The translations under genes were made by a program, and so were the position numbers. A model generated the notes under the pieces. That model was not told the DNA's origin. It saw only the letters and a program-made list of their open reading frames with translations, and did no database searches. This document shows, one piece after another, positions 47,612-57,615 of a stretch of DNA of 64,000 nucleotides. Position 1 is the first letter of the stretch, and every line of letters begins with the position of its first letter. Source of the DNA: Candidatus Bathyarchaeia archaeon (GTDB taxonomy: Archaea; Thermoproteota; CALKCG01; B24); assembly GCA_038870975.1 (NCBI GenBank), contig JAVZJD010000002.1:544001-608000 (forward strand). The letters run 5' to 3'.

Positions 47612-49021
47612 TTACATTTCCCTCAATTTTGGATTGAATATTTTATCTAGAGCAAAGCCGAGCATTGCAAAGCTTAAAGAGGTGATTGTTAACATTAGAG
47701 AAGGCTCTAAAACCCAATAATATAAACCCTTGTATAGAGCACCGTTAGAGTATGCGTCGTTTATTATCTTGCCCCACGTTGGAGCTAGTGGATCGCCCAA
47801 ACCAAGTATCGCTAACGCCGCCTCAAGGAAGACGAAGTCTGCTACCGAGAGTACTATAGATGGAATTACCGTTGGTAGAACTTTAGGGATTAAATAGTGT
47901 GTTAAAATTCTCAGGTTACTAGCACCATAGGCTCTAGAAGCCTCAATATAGGGGAATTCTTTAATCTGTAGGAACATCGCTCTATAGTTTTTAACACTAC
48001 CGCCGAATATGCTTAACATTATGACAACCAATAGGAGAATCCAAATGTTGAACTTGTAAAATGTAGATATCATTATTAAGATTGGTAAAAACGGTAGAAC
48101 CATGAAAACCTCAGTTATTCTCTGCAATAGAGAGTCGGCTTTTCCTCCAAACCATGCGCTAACGGCTCCGATAAACATCTGTATAAGTGCTATGGAAACG
48201 GATGCCACTACACCAAATGATAATGCAATGGGTGTACCCCAGAGTAGAGCTATGCTTAAGTCTCTTCTTAAATGATCTGTACCAGCCCAACCGTAAACTT
48301 TACCGTATACGACGAGCTTAGCATCTAAATTCACATCGGCTTCAAACACTACGCCATCGATCCAGAGCTTGTAATTTCCCTTCATCACTTTAACCGTACT
48401 TGGGTCGAGAATACTGCTGTCTTCTGATGCGAAGAGTAAAATAGTAATCGGAATATCGTATCCTATTGTTCCGTTTATTTTCCTTGAAACCATGTTTTTA
48501 AGCTCTTTAGCCAGTCTATCATCATTAGATATGTAGTACCTATCTTCACCTCTAGACACCATCAAAGACTTTAAAACTATGTCTTCACCATTCGGTTTAA
48601 CCCAGTGTATTGTTAACTGGGGTGCTGAAGTATTGAACTTAGAGTTAAAGAATAGGTTTAATTCGCTTGGGAAGTCGTCGTATTCGTAGTTGAATGAAAA
48701 CTCGATTTTAATCCTTGTGAACTTATTGGATACTGGAATTAAAGCCTTAGATACACCAGGTTGAGGCTGTCGAGTATCTAGTATTAACGTTTCAGGCATT
48801 TTCTTAGACGAGAATAAATTTACCCATGATGGCATGGCGTTACGTGGACTATCTAACCAATACTGTTCCCCAGCTCTCCAAAGTTTAGTGGCATTATCAT
48901 AAGGTATGGCAAATAAAGTATATATCGATATTCCCACTAGGATGAGTATTATTGTTAGTCCACCTAAGGCAGACTTATAAACGAATAGAGTCCTAAGAGA
49001 CTGTTTAATGTTTGACAACAT
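47612..49021 (-). CDS. Oligo/dipeptide ABC permease (OppC-like, large extracellular loop)
   Basis: GTD..RD, YIEASRAYGAS EAA loop, PTWG, NPKLR. Confidence 0.92.
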   Translation of the reverse strand: MLSNIKQSLRTLFVYKSALGGLTIILILVGISIYTLFAIPYDNATKLWRAGEQYWLDSPRNAMPSWVNLFSSKKMPETLILDTRQPQPGVSKALIPVSNKFTRIKIEFSFNYEYDDFPSELNLFFNSKFNTSAPQLTIHWVKPNGEDIVLKSLMVSRGEDRYYISNDDRLAKELKNMVSRKINGTIGYDIPITILLFASEDSSILDPSTVKVMKGNYKLWIDGVVFEADVNLDAKLVVYGKVYGWAGTDHLRRDLSIALLWGTPIALSFGVVASVSIALIQMFIGAVSAWFGGKADSLLQRITEVFMVLPFLPILIMISTFYKFNIWILLLVVIMLSIFGGSVKNYRAMFLQIKEFPYIEASRAYGASNLRILTHYLIPKVLPTVIPSIVLSVADFVFLEAALAILGLGDPLAPTWGKIINDAYSNGALYKGLYYWVLEPSLMLTITSLSFAMLGFALDKIFNPKLREM

Positions 49022-50082
49022 TATATGCCTCCAGCCTTAATTCTTGGGTCTAAGATTGCGTATACAAATTCTAAAACGAAGACCGTTAAAGCCAGTAAGT
49101 ACGCATAGATTATTACGAGACCAACTAGTACAGGGCTGTCAAACATAACAGAGGCTTGGTAGAATAGACTACCTATTCCAGGCCAGTTAAATATAGTTTC
49201 TGTCATTATTGCACCCATCCACGAGCCTATTAGTGTTAGGGAGAAGTCCGTTATGATTGGCGGTAACGTAGGCCTAAGTATGTATCTTCTCTGGATTAAG
49301 GATTCAGGTAGGCCTTTAGCTTTTGCAAGCTCTACATAGTCTTCACTTGAAAACATAAGGAAGAAAGTACGTCTTACGTATACATTAATAGGGGCATAGG
49401 CTATCAACCAAGATGTGATGGGAAGAATCATGTGTTTTAAAACACTTAATGTATAATCGACTTTATTGGTCGGTGGTGGGACATCCACCATCCCGCCGTA
49501 AGGTAGCAATCTTAACAGTGATGCAAATAGCAATATTAAGAATATTCCGTAGAACCAGCCTGGCATGGACGATAGAGGTGCGAACAATACAGACAATTTG
49601 TCTAAAACGCTACCGTACCTTCTAGCTAGAAAGAGCCCTGTGAATAAACCTATGAAGAACAGGAGGAGCTGTGTTGTTGTAAACAGGAGTACAGTATTTG
49701 GCAACCTCTCCAATATTATAATACGGACACTTTTGGAACCGCTATCGCTACTTATGAAGAGTGCCCTACCAAGGCTTAACGATAAAGCGTCTCTTAAATA
49801 GGAAAAGCTCCTATATATGAATGGTTTGTCAAAACCTATCTTCTTCAATTCATTGTTGTAAATTGCATTTATCAATTCTCTTATTTGGGTTTCATTTAAA
49901 GCCTTATATGCTGGATTTTGACGTATACTTTGCGAAATTGAAAAATATAAATCACTTTTAATTATTTCATCTACGTATCCACCCATGTTTGCAATCAGAA
50001 TAGTCATATATGTAGCAATAATCACAGTTAGGAAGAGTATGATTCCACGTTTAACTATATACTTTCCGAGCTTTGGAATCAT
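49021..50082 (-). CDS. Oligo/dipeptide ABC permease (OppB-like)
   Basis: DYV..AKAKGL, E.IFNWPG.G, Y..LDPRI. Confidence 0.93.
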   Translation of the reverse strand: MIPKLGKYIVKRGIILFLTVIIATYMTILIANMGGYVDEIIKSDLYFSISQSIRQNPAYKALNETQIRELINAIYNNELKKIGFDKPFIYRSFSYLRDALSLSLGRALFISSDSGSKSVRIIILERLPNTVLLFTTTQLLLFFIGLFTGLFLARRYGSVLDKLSVLFAPLSSMPGWFYGIFLILLFASLLRLLPYGGMVDVPPPTNKVDYTLSVLKHMILPITSWLIAYAPINVYVRRTFFLMFSSEDYVELAKAKGLPESLIQRRYILRPTLPPIITDFSLTLIGSWMGAIMTETIFNWPGIGSLFYQASVMFDSPVLVGLVIIYAYLLALTVFVLEFVYAILDPRIKAGGI

Positions 50083-50138
50083 TGCATCACTTACCAGAGA
50101 ATAGATAGAAATAAAAAGGGGAAATAAAAAGATATTGC

Positions 50139-52808
50139 TTACTTTTTCCTGACAAATGGAATAACTATCGCTATTATTGCGATTATAACTGCTAGTGCTG
50201 CGACACTGGTTAACGTATTTACACTACTGCTTAATGAGCTGACTTCAGAGCGCAACTCTTCAATTTCACTCGTTAAACTGGCTATTCTAGTTTCGTAGTC
50301 TGCTCTAACCTTAGCCAACTCATCCATTAAGAATTCCGTTACACTCATAACTGTTGCTACAGCGGTCGTAGATACTGGCATACCTACAAGCTTAGACACA
50401 ACGAGTACGTTAATACTTAACGTTCCAGCTGTTAACATAGATGTTTCTTCGGGTTTAAGCACGATTCTCCATCTGCCATCTTCAACTGGCTCAGCAACAC
50501 CTATCAAGGTTGCAGTTGGACTCTTAACGATGTATTTTACATAGTAGATGTCATCTATACGGTATGGCTGCCCTTCAAAAGTCACTGAAACATCTATTTC
50601 AGATGGTAATCCAGGCGTAATAGTAGGAACTGAAACTACTTTAACCTCAGGTATCATAGGCGCTGAGAACCTGAGCCACTTATCCGCAGTGTCTGTAAAT
50701 TCTCTGTAGGCCTTCAGTACGACTATTTTAGCCGTCGGGTCGACTTTATCCAAGTAGAATGGCCCTGCACCTACCAAGAAGTGGCCTTTAGCCTCATACC
50801 AAGCTTTCAAATTGTTATACCTTTCTAAAGCTTCCTCTTCAGAGACGTATTTAGCCATTACATTCTCATACGGTATGAATTTCGTATCTATAGCTACATC
50901 TAAGTATTTTCTTAAAATCGGTAGGGAAGGCCCAGCTATGAAGCTCATCCACTCGACTTTAAGTGCTTCAGCCTTATCGGCTGAAAACGCTAGCTCACTG
51001 TTTACTTCTGCTAAACATCCGATTGCGACAGTATGCCACGGGCCAGGGCCATATGCATAGTCTGGGTAGAATGCGCTTGCAGCACTTGCTGCTATCTGTT
51101 CAGCGTCCAAATACAAGGCATCCGAATAATACTCAATGACCAGTGGTTTTTCGCTTACTATTCTAAAGCCTTTAAAGTACTCTTTGAAGGCTTCAAACAC
51201 GGGCACGTATGATTCATCGTACAGGGGGCTTTCCGGCTTAGCTCTATCAAAGGTAAGTATGTAGCTGAATACGATGTCTGCTAGTGAGAATTTGCTTCCG
51301 TCGTGGAACGTCATGTTGAATATGCTATCGTCATAGTAGACTATGGTCTTCGTCTTTGCAGTTGTTCCTGGTGGTGCATAGATGATCTCCTGCTTCTCAG
51401 CATCCCAATCGTACCATGCATCCGTCGGTACAGTAATACTCTCAACGAATTCTAGGGAAACCCAGTCTAAAGTAACACCTATAGGTAATCCTTCTAAAGC
51501 ATAGACTTCTGCCTTTTTAACCCTCTGCGGCCAATAAAGCCCGGTAAATGGATCAGGTATAACGGCTGGATCTGACGTCGCACGGTAGTACATTGCGTCA
51601 TATATCCAGTTGCTTCCTCCAACTGGATTTACGGGATCAACCAGAATATCTGTAGACGCTATTTTAACAGTTCCACCTACTTGATCAACATATCTGATCG
51701 TATAGGGCCATAGTCTTGCACCTGAAAAGCCTGCCGCTAAGTCGTATGTTAGTGATACTTCTTTCCTAGCAGGCCATGGAGCCACTTGGCTTACCAACCA
51801 AACCCTCACGGAATCTTCCATCGAAAGCTCTAAGGCTTTCTTCATTAGCTCGTTTCTTTCTTCAATCGATGTAAAGTCTCTAGCCCAGAGCCTACCCGCT
51901 ACATAGTCGAATTCGGGGCTTGGCTTGTAGGCACTCCATAGTGGTCCCATGCCCCCTCTCGGCGTGTAGAAGAAGCCGAAGTTATCCGATTCATCCCTGG
52001 AAACGAGTGTTGTTATCCACCCACCTGTGTAAATGTGGAACCTGCCGTCTGCTGGATTGCCTCTAATCCATATTGGAGAGGCCTCTCTACTAGTCTTATA
52101 CTGTCTATCGACTGTGAACCCTAGCTTTTCAAGCTGTGAGGCTACGTAGTCACCTATGGCTCTTCTCTGATCCTCCACTCTGATTAGGAATATTATCGTT
52201 ACAGGCTCGCCTTTGTAGTACCATTTTCCGCCGACTAGTTCAGCGCCAAGCTTAATCATTTCTTCAGTGATAATCTCCCTTGCTTTATCAAGGTCGTAAC
52301 TGTATTTTGACTCAATTTCCATAATTGTATCTGCATACCTCGCATAGTCTGGAAAAGCAGGCGTTAAGCAAGTGTATCTAGGTACAGCCATACCAGCCAT
52401 TATTTCGTCAACTATATACTTTCTATCCACTAGATAGTTTACAGCTTCTCTAATTCGTGGAACGGCGAATGGGTTTAACTTACCAGTTGCTGGAAACTCT
52501 GGACCCACGGGATTGAACGTTAACTCAAAGTAGAGTCCGAAGGACGTAATATACCATAGGTCCGGTGAAGCTTTTATCGTTCTGAATAACCCTGGGTCTC
52601 TTACATCTCTGAAGTACACTTGCATCTCATTTTTCATCAGCATGTCGATTGCTTTCGCTTCATCTGTTTCTACGAAAAAGTCTACTTCATCAACCCACGG
52701 TCCTTTCGGCGGTGCTTGAGCAGCGGAGACTGAAATACTCGTTGAAAGTATGCTGGAGAAAAGCGAAGCTAAGAGGACGATTGCCAATAGGCTAGCTTTA
52801 ATTTTCAT
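50139..52808 (-). CDS. Peptide ABC transporter substrate-binding protein, C-terminally anchored
   Basis: Signal peptide, family-5 SBP motifs (IREAVN..VDR, GPF.L), coiled stalk plus TM and KK tail. Confidence 0.9.
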   Translation of the reverse strand: MKIKASLLAIVLLASLFSSILSTSISVSAAQAPPKGPWVDEVDFFVETDEAKAIDMLMKNEMQVYFRDVRDPGLFRTIKASPDLWYITSFGLYFELTFNPVGPEFPATGKLNPFAVPRIREAVNYLVDRKYIVDEIMAGMAVPRYTCLTPAFPDYARYADTIMEIESKYSYDLDKAREIITEEMIKLGAELVGGKWYYKGEPVTIIFLIRVEDQRRAIGDYVASQLEKLGFTVDRQYKTSREASPIWIRGNPADGRFHIYTGGWITTLVSRDESDNFGFFYTPRGGMGPLWSAYKPSPEFDYVAGRLWARDFTSIEERNELMKKALELSMEDSVRVWLVSQVAPWPARKEVSLTYDLAAGFSGARLWPYTIRYVDQVGGTVKIASTDILVDPVNPVGGSNWIYDAMYYRATSDPAVIPDPFTGLYWPQRVKKAEVYALEGLPIGVTLDWVSLEFVESITVPTDAWYDWDAEKQEIIYAPPGTTAKTKTIVYYDDSIFNMTFHDGSKFSLADIVFSYILTFDRAKPESPLYDESYVPVFEAFKEYFKGFRIVSEKPLVIEYYSDALYLDAEQIAASAASAFYPDYAYGPGPWHTVAIGCLAEVNSELAFSADKAEALKVEWMSFIAGPSLPILRKYLDVAIDTKFIPYENVMAKYVSEEEALERYNNLKAWYEAKGHFLVGAGPFYLDKVDPTAKIVVLKAYREFTDTADKWLRFSAPMIPEVKVVSVPTITPGLPSEIDVSVTFEGQPYRIDDIYYVKYIVKSPTATLIGVAEPVEDGRWRIVLKPEETSMLTAGTLSINVLVVSKLVGMPVSTTAVATVMSVTEFLMDELAKVRADYETRIASLTSEIEELRSEVSSLSSSVNTLTSVAALAVIIAIIAIVIPFVRKK

Positions 52809-52843
52809 AAGATTTCCCTCGGAAATTTCTAACACATGTACTG

Positions 52844-52891
52844 TTTATAAGCTTTTCCATAAGTTATTCAAGGTGATTGAGAAGTTCTCAA
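52844..52891 (-). promoter_or_regulatory. Peptide-ABC operon promoter (BRE/TATA) with an upstream palindromic site
   Basis: Minus strand GAAAAG-CTTATAAA; perfect inverted repeat TTGAGAA-G-TTCTCAA at 52877-52891. Confidence 0.5.
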
Positions 52892-52956
52892 GTTAAGTCT
52901 CACAAGGGGATGTACGAAGGGGAAGACCACCATGCGAGTCTTTTTCCTCTTCTTCC

Positions 52957-52966
52957 AAAAAAAAAA
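52957..52966 (-). terminator. Oligo-T terminator of the ECF gene
   Basis: A10 on the plus strand (T10 on minus) just after the stop at 52982. Confidence 0.5.
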
Positions 52967-52981
52967 GAAGTGGTTCTTATT

Positions 52982-53827
52982 TTAACCCTTTTCCTCAGTT
53001 TTGCTAGGGGTTTGCTTACGCATGAAAACCGTTCTAAAGGCTCTTATGATGGCTATGGAAACTAATGTCGAAGCCACAGTTATAGTGGCCCTTTCAGCTA
53101 TGGTTATCGGTAGAACGGCCATAAATAAATAGCCTAGCGATAGTTCTTCTGGAACTGGCAACCCTAGGAAAGCTAAGTAGTCGGCTGGCTTAGGGATGCC
53201 TGTCTTCGTCCAGATGATGCCTAAAGCCACGAGAGCGTCTTTAAGTGCTTTAAGAGGTACTAGTATGCCTAAGGCACTTATGTAGGCTAAGTTTCCATAC
53301 ATGCTATCGGTCATTGTTGCTATAAAAGATGTAACCGCAGAGCCCCAGATGAGACGGCCTCCTTTAGCCTCTATAAGACCTTTAAGCCTCTTACCCAATG
53401 TTAAACTGAGGATTAAAGCGACGATATGGAATACTGGGTATAGTGGCGCTTCGAAGCCGACTGGACTAACATACCAACCGATTATAAGTACAAGCAATAC
53501 GGCGGATCCGTAGAGCCAACCTAATTCAATTTTACTCGTTAAAAAGCCAGCTACAAGAGATGCTAGAGCACCTGCGGGTATCAGCAGAAGCCCAAATACA
53601 GTCGTCGAGGGGATCATCCAAGCTATTAGATTTCCTAGAAGGGATGTTATGAAGCCAAGCTTAGGACCGAGTATAATGCCTATAGTGGCATAAAGTATTG
53701 TGGTAAGCTCTATGGTTGTTGGAGCACCTATAGCTGGAAAACCTGGAAGCCTTGAAACGGCGACTATTAGAGCAGCCATTGTTGAAATTGTCGCCACCTT
53801 TAATGTTCTAGTTTTAAGTAGACTCAT
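52982..53827 (-). CDS. ECF-type transporter S-component-like membrane protein
   Basis: A.....AL, GI.LGP..G, multiple TMs, ER near the C-terminus. Confidence 0.6.
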   Translation of the reverse strand: MSLLKTRTLKVATISTMAALIVAVSRLPGFPAIGAPTTIELTTILYATIGIILGPKLGFITSLLGNLIAWMIPSTTVFGLLLIPAGALASLVAGFLTSKIELGWLYGSAVLLVLIIGWYVSPVGFEAPLYPVFHIVALILSLTLGKRLKGLIEAKGGRLIWGSAVTSFIATMTDSMYGNLAYISALGILVPLKALKDALVALGIIWTKTGIPKPADYLAFLGLPVPEELSLGYLFMAVLPITIAERATITVASTLVSIAIIRAFRTVFMRKQTPSKTEEKG

Positions 53828-53872
53828 ACTCTGTGTAGTTATCTACACAGAAATTTAAATTTTTACATAGCA

Positions 53873-54655
53873 TTATGTCTTCGGAGGCATTCTGTAAAAA
53901 TCCAGTTTAGCATCGTGGTAGTTTCTTATTACGACTTTAGCAGCCTCCTCTATCATGGGTTCACCGTCCTTGTAAAGCCATCCACGTTTACGTGCAATAA
54001 GCTCTAATATCTTATATGGGTCCTTCTCAGAGAAGCCGTAGGTCTTCTCAATAGCCTTAGGATTTTGATCGATTATACGTTTAAGGAGTTCAACGGCAGG
54101 TTTAATGGGGTTTGAAAAGCCATCTATAGGCGTTCCCCGTATAAGCGTTTCAAGCCAGTCTTCACCAGAAGGCACTATACCAGGGGTATCTATGATTTTA
54201 ATGTCTTCATCCACCTTGTAGAGTTGAAAAGCCTTAGTATAGCCTGTGGTTCCAGGGTAGGGGCTTGTAGAAGCCGAAGCTTTTCCCTTTAAAGCGTTTA
54301 TAACAGTTGATTTGCCAGTTTTCGGCAGTCCGACGATTAGAACGGTCGTAGGTTTTCTAGAGGAGACACTTCTTATGGCATTCTTTAAACGGTTTACACC
54401 TCTACGATGTTTAGCGATAAAAGGAACGGTTTTAAAACCCAAGTTCTCAAAAAACTTAACCCATTCCAAGACTACTCTTCTAGGAGCTAGATCAGCCTTA
54501 TTAAGTACAATTATGATGGGTTTGCCAGCCCTCCCAGCCATGTTTTCTATTCTAATACTACGGGTTTCAAGAGGAACCCTAGCATCTAAAACCTCAAGTA
54601 TGACATCGGCTTTATTTACAAGCTTAGCTAATATACTCCATGATGCAAGTTTCAA
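53873..54655 (-). CDS. YlqF/RbgA-family circularly permuted GTPase
   Basis: DAR.P, then NKADL (G4) before GLPKTGKS (G1) and DTPG (G3). Confidence 0.92.
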   Translation of the reverse strand: MKLASWSILAKLVNKADVILEVLDARVPLETRSIRIENMAGRAGKPIIIVLNKADLAPRRVVLEWVKFFENLGFKTVPFIAKHRRGVNRLKNAIRSVSSRKPTTVLIVGLPKTGKSTVINALKGKASASTSPYPGTTGYTKAFQLYKVDEDIKIIDTPGIVPSGEDWLETLIRGTPIDGFSNPIKPAVELLKRIIDQNPKAIEKTYGFSEKDPYKILELIARKRGWLYKDGEPMIEEAAKVVIRNYHDAKLDFYRMPPKT

Positions 54656-54847
54656 CGAGAAACACCAGTTTCAACAAATAAACCTTAAGCTCCGTACTGA
54701 CCTACTTAAAAACTTACAGATAACTCTTTAAATGTTTAGCAGTATTATTCTCCGGTCAACAACGGTAAATGTTTTAACGCAATCCGACTTAATGGAGTGA
54801 AACGATATAAAACACATAGTGAAGATTAGCTATTTAGAAGACTATAG

Positions 54848-55969
54848 ATGATGAACCGAGGGTTCTCAATCATTATATTAAGCGCTTTAACAATGTTCTC
54901 AATAATAGTTTTGGTGATTGCAATGAGAGACCCTTTAACTCTACATCCAGAATTATGGGCAGTTGAGAGGCCTTTATTAAAGGCATTAAAACTACCTAGG
55001 CTGGTAATGGCTTTCTACCACGCTTGGTATGGTAATACTACTGGTCCTTCGGGGAAGTGGTTCCACTGGGATCATCCAATATGGGATACTGCTACGGGTG
55101 AGGTGATAGGTCGTCACGACCCTGAAAAGTTCATAGCGCCCAATATTAGAGATATTGGAGCTGCTCATTATCCTCTTACTGGCCCATACGATTGCTCAGA
55201 CCCAGAGCTGATAAAGTACCAGTTGGATTTAGCGGAAGAAGCTGGAATCGATGTATTCGTCATAGACTGGTTTGGACCTCCAGATGGACCAGTAGACAAC
55301 TACACTAAGACGTTGATGGATTATGTGGAAGAGCATGGGAGAAGCATACGTTTCAGTATACTTTACGATGGATATCACTACGCTAAGTATCCCCTTTCAG
55401 ATTCTCTGAATGAGCTGAGATACCTTCTAAAGACTTATGGGGAGCGCTCATCCTTCCTGAGGGTGGGAAATTACTCCTTGATCTTCATATACGCCAGCAG
55501 GTTCTACACGTCTAGACAGTGGGATTACGTAATCCGCACCTTAAGATACGAAGGCTTTCAGGCAATCTTCTTAGCTGATGCATTCGAGGAAGACTATGCT
55601 AAAGTCTTCGATGGTCTATACACATACAGCCCTTTAGATATCCTTCTAAGAGGTGGAAATCTAACAGAAGTCTATACTAATGCTAAGCTACTGGCTTCTA
55701 AGTACGATGGGTTTTTCGCTGGAACAGCTCTTCCAGGTTACGATGATACGAGAATACGTAAGCCTGGAATCTTCTTGGATAGGCAAGACGGGAAAGTGTA
55801 TAATGAGACTTGGCGGGCTATTATAAATAGTGGTTCAGACTGGGCTCTAATATGCTCTTGGAATGAATGGCACGAGGGGACTGAAATAGAGCCGAGCATT
55901 GAATATGGAACTCAATACTTAAAACTCACGAAAAACTTCTCGGATGAGTTTAAAGGTAAAGATAGATGA
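54848..55969 (+). CDS. GH99-like endo-alpha-mannosidase/mannanase, N-terminal membrane anchor
   Basis: FYHAWYG, YP..GPYD..D, PGYDD.R.R, SWNEWHEGTEIEP. Confidence 0.85.
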   Translation: MMNRGFSIIILSALTMFSIIVLVIAMRDPLTLHPELWAVERPLLKALKLPRLVMAFYHAWYGNTTGPSGKWFHWDHPIWDTATGEVIGRHDPEKFIAPNIRDIGAAHYPLTGPYDCSDPELIKYQLDLAEEAGIDVFVIDWFGPPDGPVDNYTKTLMDYVEEHGRSIRFSILYDGYHYAKYPLSDSLNELRYLLKTYGERSSFLRVGNYSLIFIYASRFYTSRQWDYVIRTLRYEGFQAIFLADAFEEDYAKVFDGLYTYSPLDILLRGGNLTEVYTNAKLLASKYDGFFAGTALPGYDDTRIRKPGIFLDRQDGKVYNETWRAIINSGSDWALICSWNEWHEGTEIEPSIEYGTQYLKLTKNFSDEFKGKDR

Positions 55970-56421
55970 AGACGAACATACCCTCTAAATAATTCTGAAG
56001 CTAGGCTGATAGATCAATGTTTGCCAGTAAGTCAAGCGAAACGTTTATTGAAAAGCTGATACACCAAGTGTCTAGTCTATTATTTTGCGGGGGAATGAGT
56101 TGAAAGCCCCCGGCGGGCTTATATCTTCAAGTGTAAAAGCACTTAACATCGTATGTACACTACTTCGTATGTCGCTTCGATGGGCTGCGGGGGCGTTCAG
56201 AAGGTGTTTAAGGGACGGGTCTTAGATGATATGCTTTCTAAAATTCTACGTTAGCTCTCCATATATCACCCCTTAGGAGGTTATAAGTCCATGGAGTGGT
56301 CAACGATTCTCTCCTCAACGCACTAGAGATGAAAGGTGAGACCTGGATCAGGTTGAACTCTAAGCCGTTGAGCTATCCATGAGGTGGCTTCCATAAATAC
56401 GGATCCATTGGTTGGGTTTAG

Positions 56422-57615
56422 TCAGACTCTCGTTAACTGATGCCCACCACGTAGATATGATCCAGATTTGTCGGTCTTGGTCCAGCGGGGCTTAAGCCGT
56501 AGGACTATGGATATTAGGACTGCTATGGCTATGAGCGAGTTAAGGAGTAAGTATGGAAGACTTAAGATTAAAGCCTTGGTTTTAAGATGTAGCGGGAGAT
56601 AGCTGAAGATCGATGCCGTGAGCGCTAGCTGGATTATGGCGGATGCCAAAACCACAGCCAGTATCGGCTGTCCGAAGATTAGGACTAATACGAGTACTGG
56701 CAAGAAGAGGGCTATACTTAGAGGTGAGAGAAGACTTAGGACCACATCCAGCTTATTCATAGGTTTAAGTCCTTTCAAGTCTTTAAACCTCCGTTTAAGG
56801 ACTTCAACCGTCCCCCTATACCATCTAAACCTCTGCTTGATGAACGTGCTGAGCTTAGAGGGGGCTTCAACGCCGACTTTAACCGGAGCTAGACTGACTT
56901 TGCCGCCTCTACACATTAAGCGTACCGCTAAGTCGTTATCCTCAGCTATAGAATCCTCATCCCAACCTCCCAACGCCCTTATCCAAGAGCTTCTCACGAG
57001 GGAGGAGAAGCCTGGGGCTTGGGTGAAAAGACCTAGACGGCTCTTAGCATAGGTTAACTTCTCCCAGAGCGAGCATTCGAGGGCGAAGAGCTGGGGTAGC
57101 ACCCCCTCTTTTAGGTTTAGTGGGTAGGGCACCGCTGTTACGGCTACGGCATCTTCATGGAGGATGAATTTAACCATGGTTTTTAAAGAATCTTTGCCTA
57201 CGATGGAGTCTGCGTCTAAGAGGAGGACCAACTCTCCTTTAAGGAAGGGTAGTGCGTAGTTTAAGGCTGAGGGCTTACCCTTTGGACTTGAGAACTTCAT
57301 CAGCTTGACCGTGTCTTTAAAGTTCATACAGGCTTCTAAAGTTTCATCGTCATCCACGACGGCTAAAATTTCAAGCTTATCCCTGGGATAATCTAAGTCT
57401 AAGAGCTTGCTGAGCGTATAGGGGAGTACCTTGGCCTCGTTCTTAGCCGCTATGAGGATGGAAACTGAGGGGTAGTTGAAGCCAGACTTCTCTACGCCTT
57501 GGACTTTAAACTTTGACCCGAGCAGTATCAGAAGACAAGCGTAGGATGAAAAGATGAAAATTAAACCAACTAGTAAGGCTAAAATCGCCTGTAGTGTTAA
57601 AAGCAAACCCGTCAA
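56422..57615 (-). CDS. Processive GT2 glycosyltransferase (cellulose/PNAG synthase-like)
   Basis: GKPSALN, DAD, AED, QRFRW; N- and C-terminal TMs. Confidence 0.9.
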   Translation of the reverse strand: MTGLLLTLQAILALLVGLIFIFSSYACLLILLGSKFKVQGVEKSGFNYPSVSILIAAKNEAKVLPYTLSKLLDLDYPRDKLEILAVVDDDETLEACMNFKDTVKLMKFSSPKGKPSALNYALPFLKGELVLLLDADSIVGKDSLKTMVKFILHEDAVAVTAVPYPLNLKEGVLPQLFALECSLWEKLTYAKSRLGLFTQAPGFSSLVRSSWIRALGGWDEDSIAEDNDLAVRLMCRGGKVSLAPVKVGVEAPSKLSTFIKQRFRWYRGTVEVLKRRFKDLKGLKPMNKLDVVLSLLSPLSIALFLPVLVLVLIFGQPILAVVLASAIIQLALTASIFSYLPLHLKTKALILSLPYLLLNSLIAIAVLISIVLRLKPRWTKTDKSGSYLRGGHQLTRV

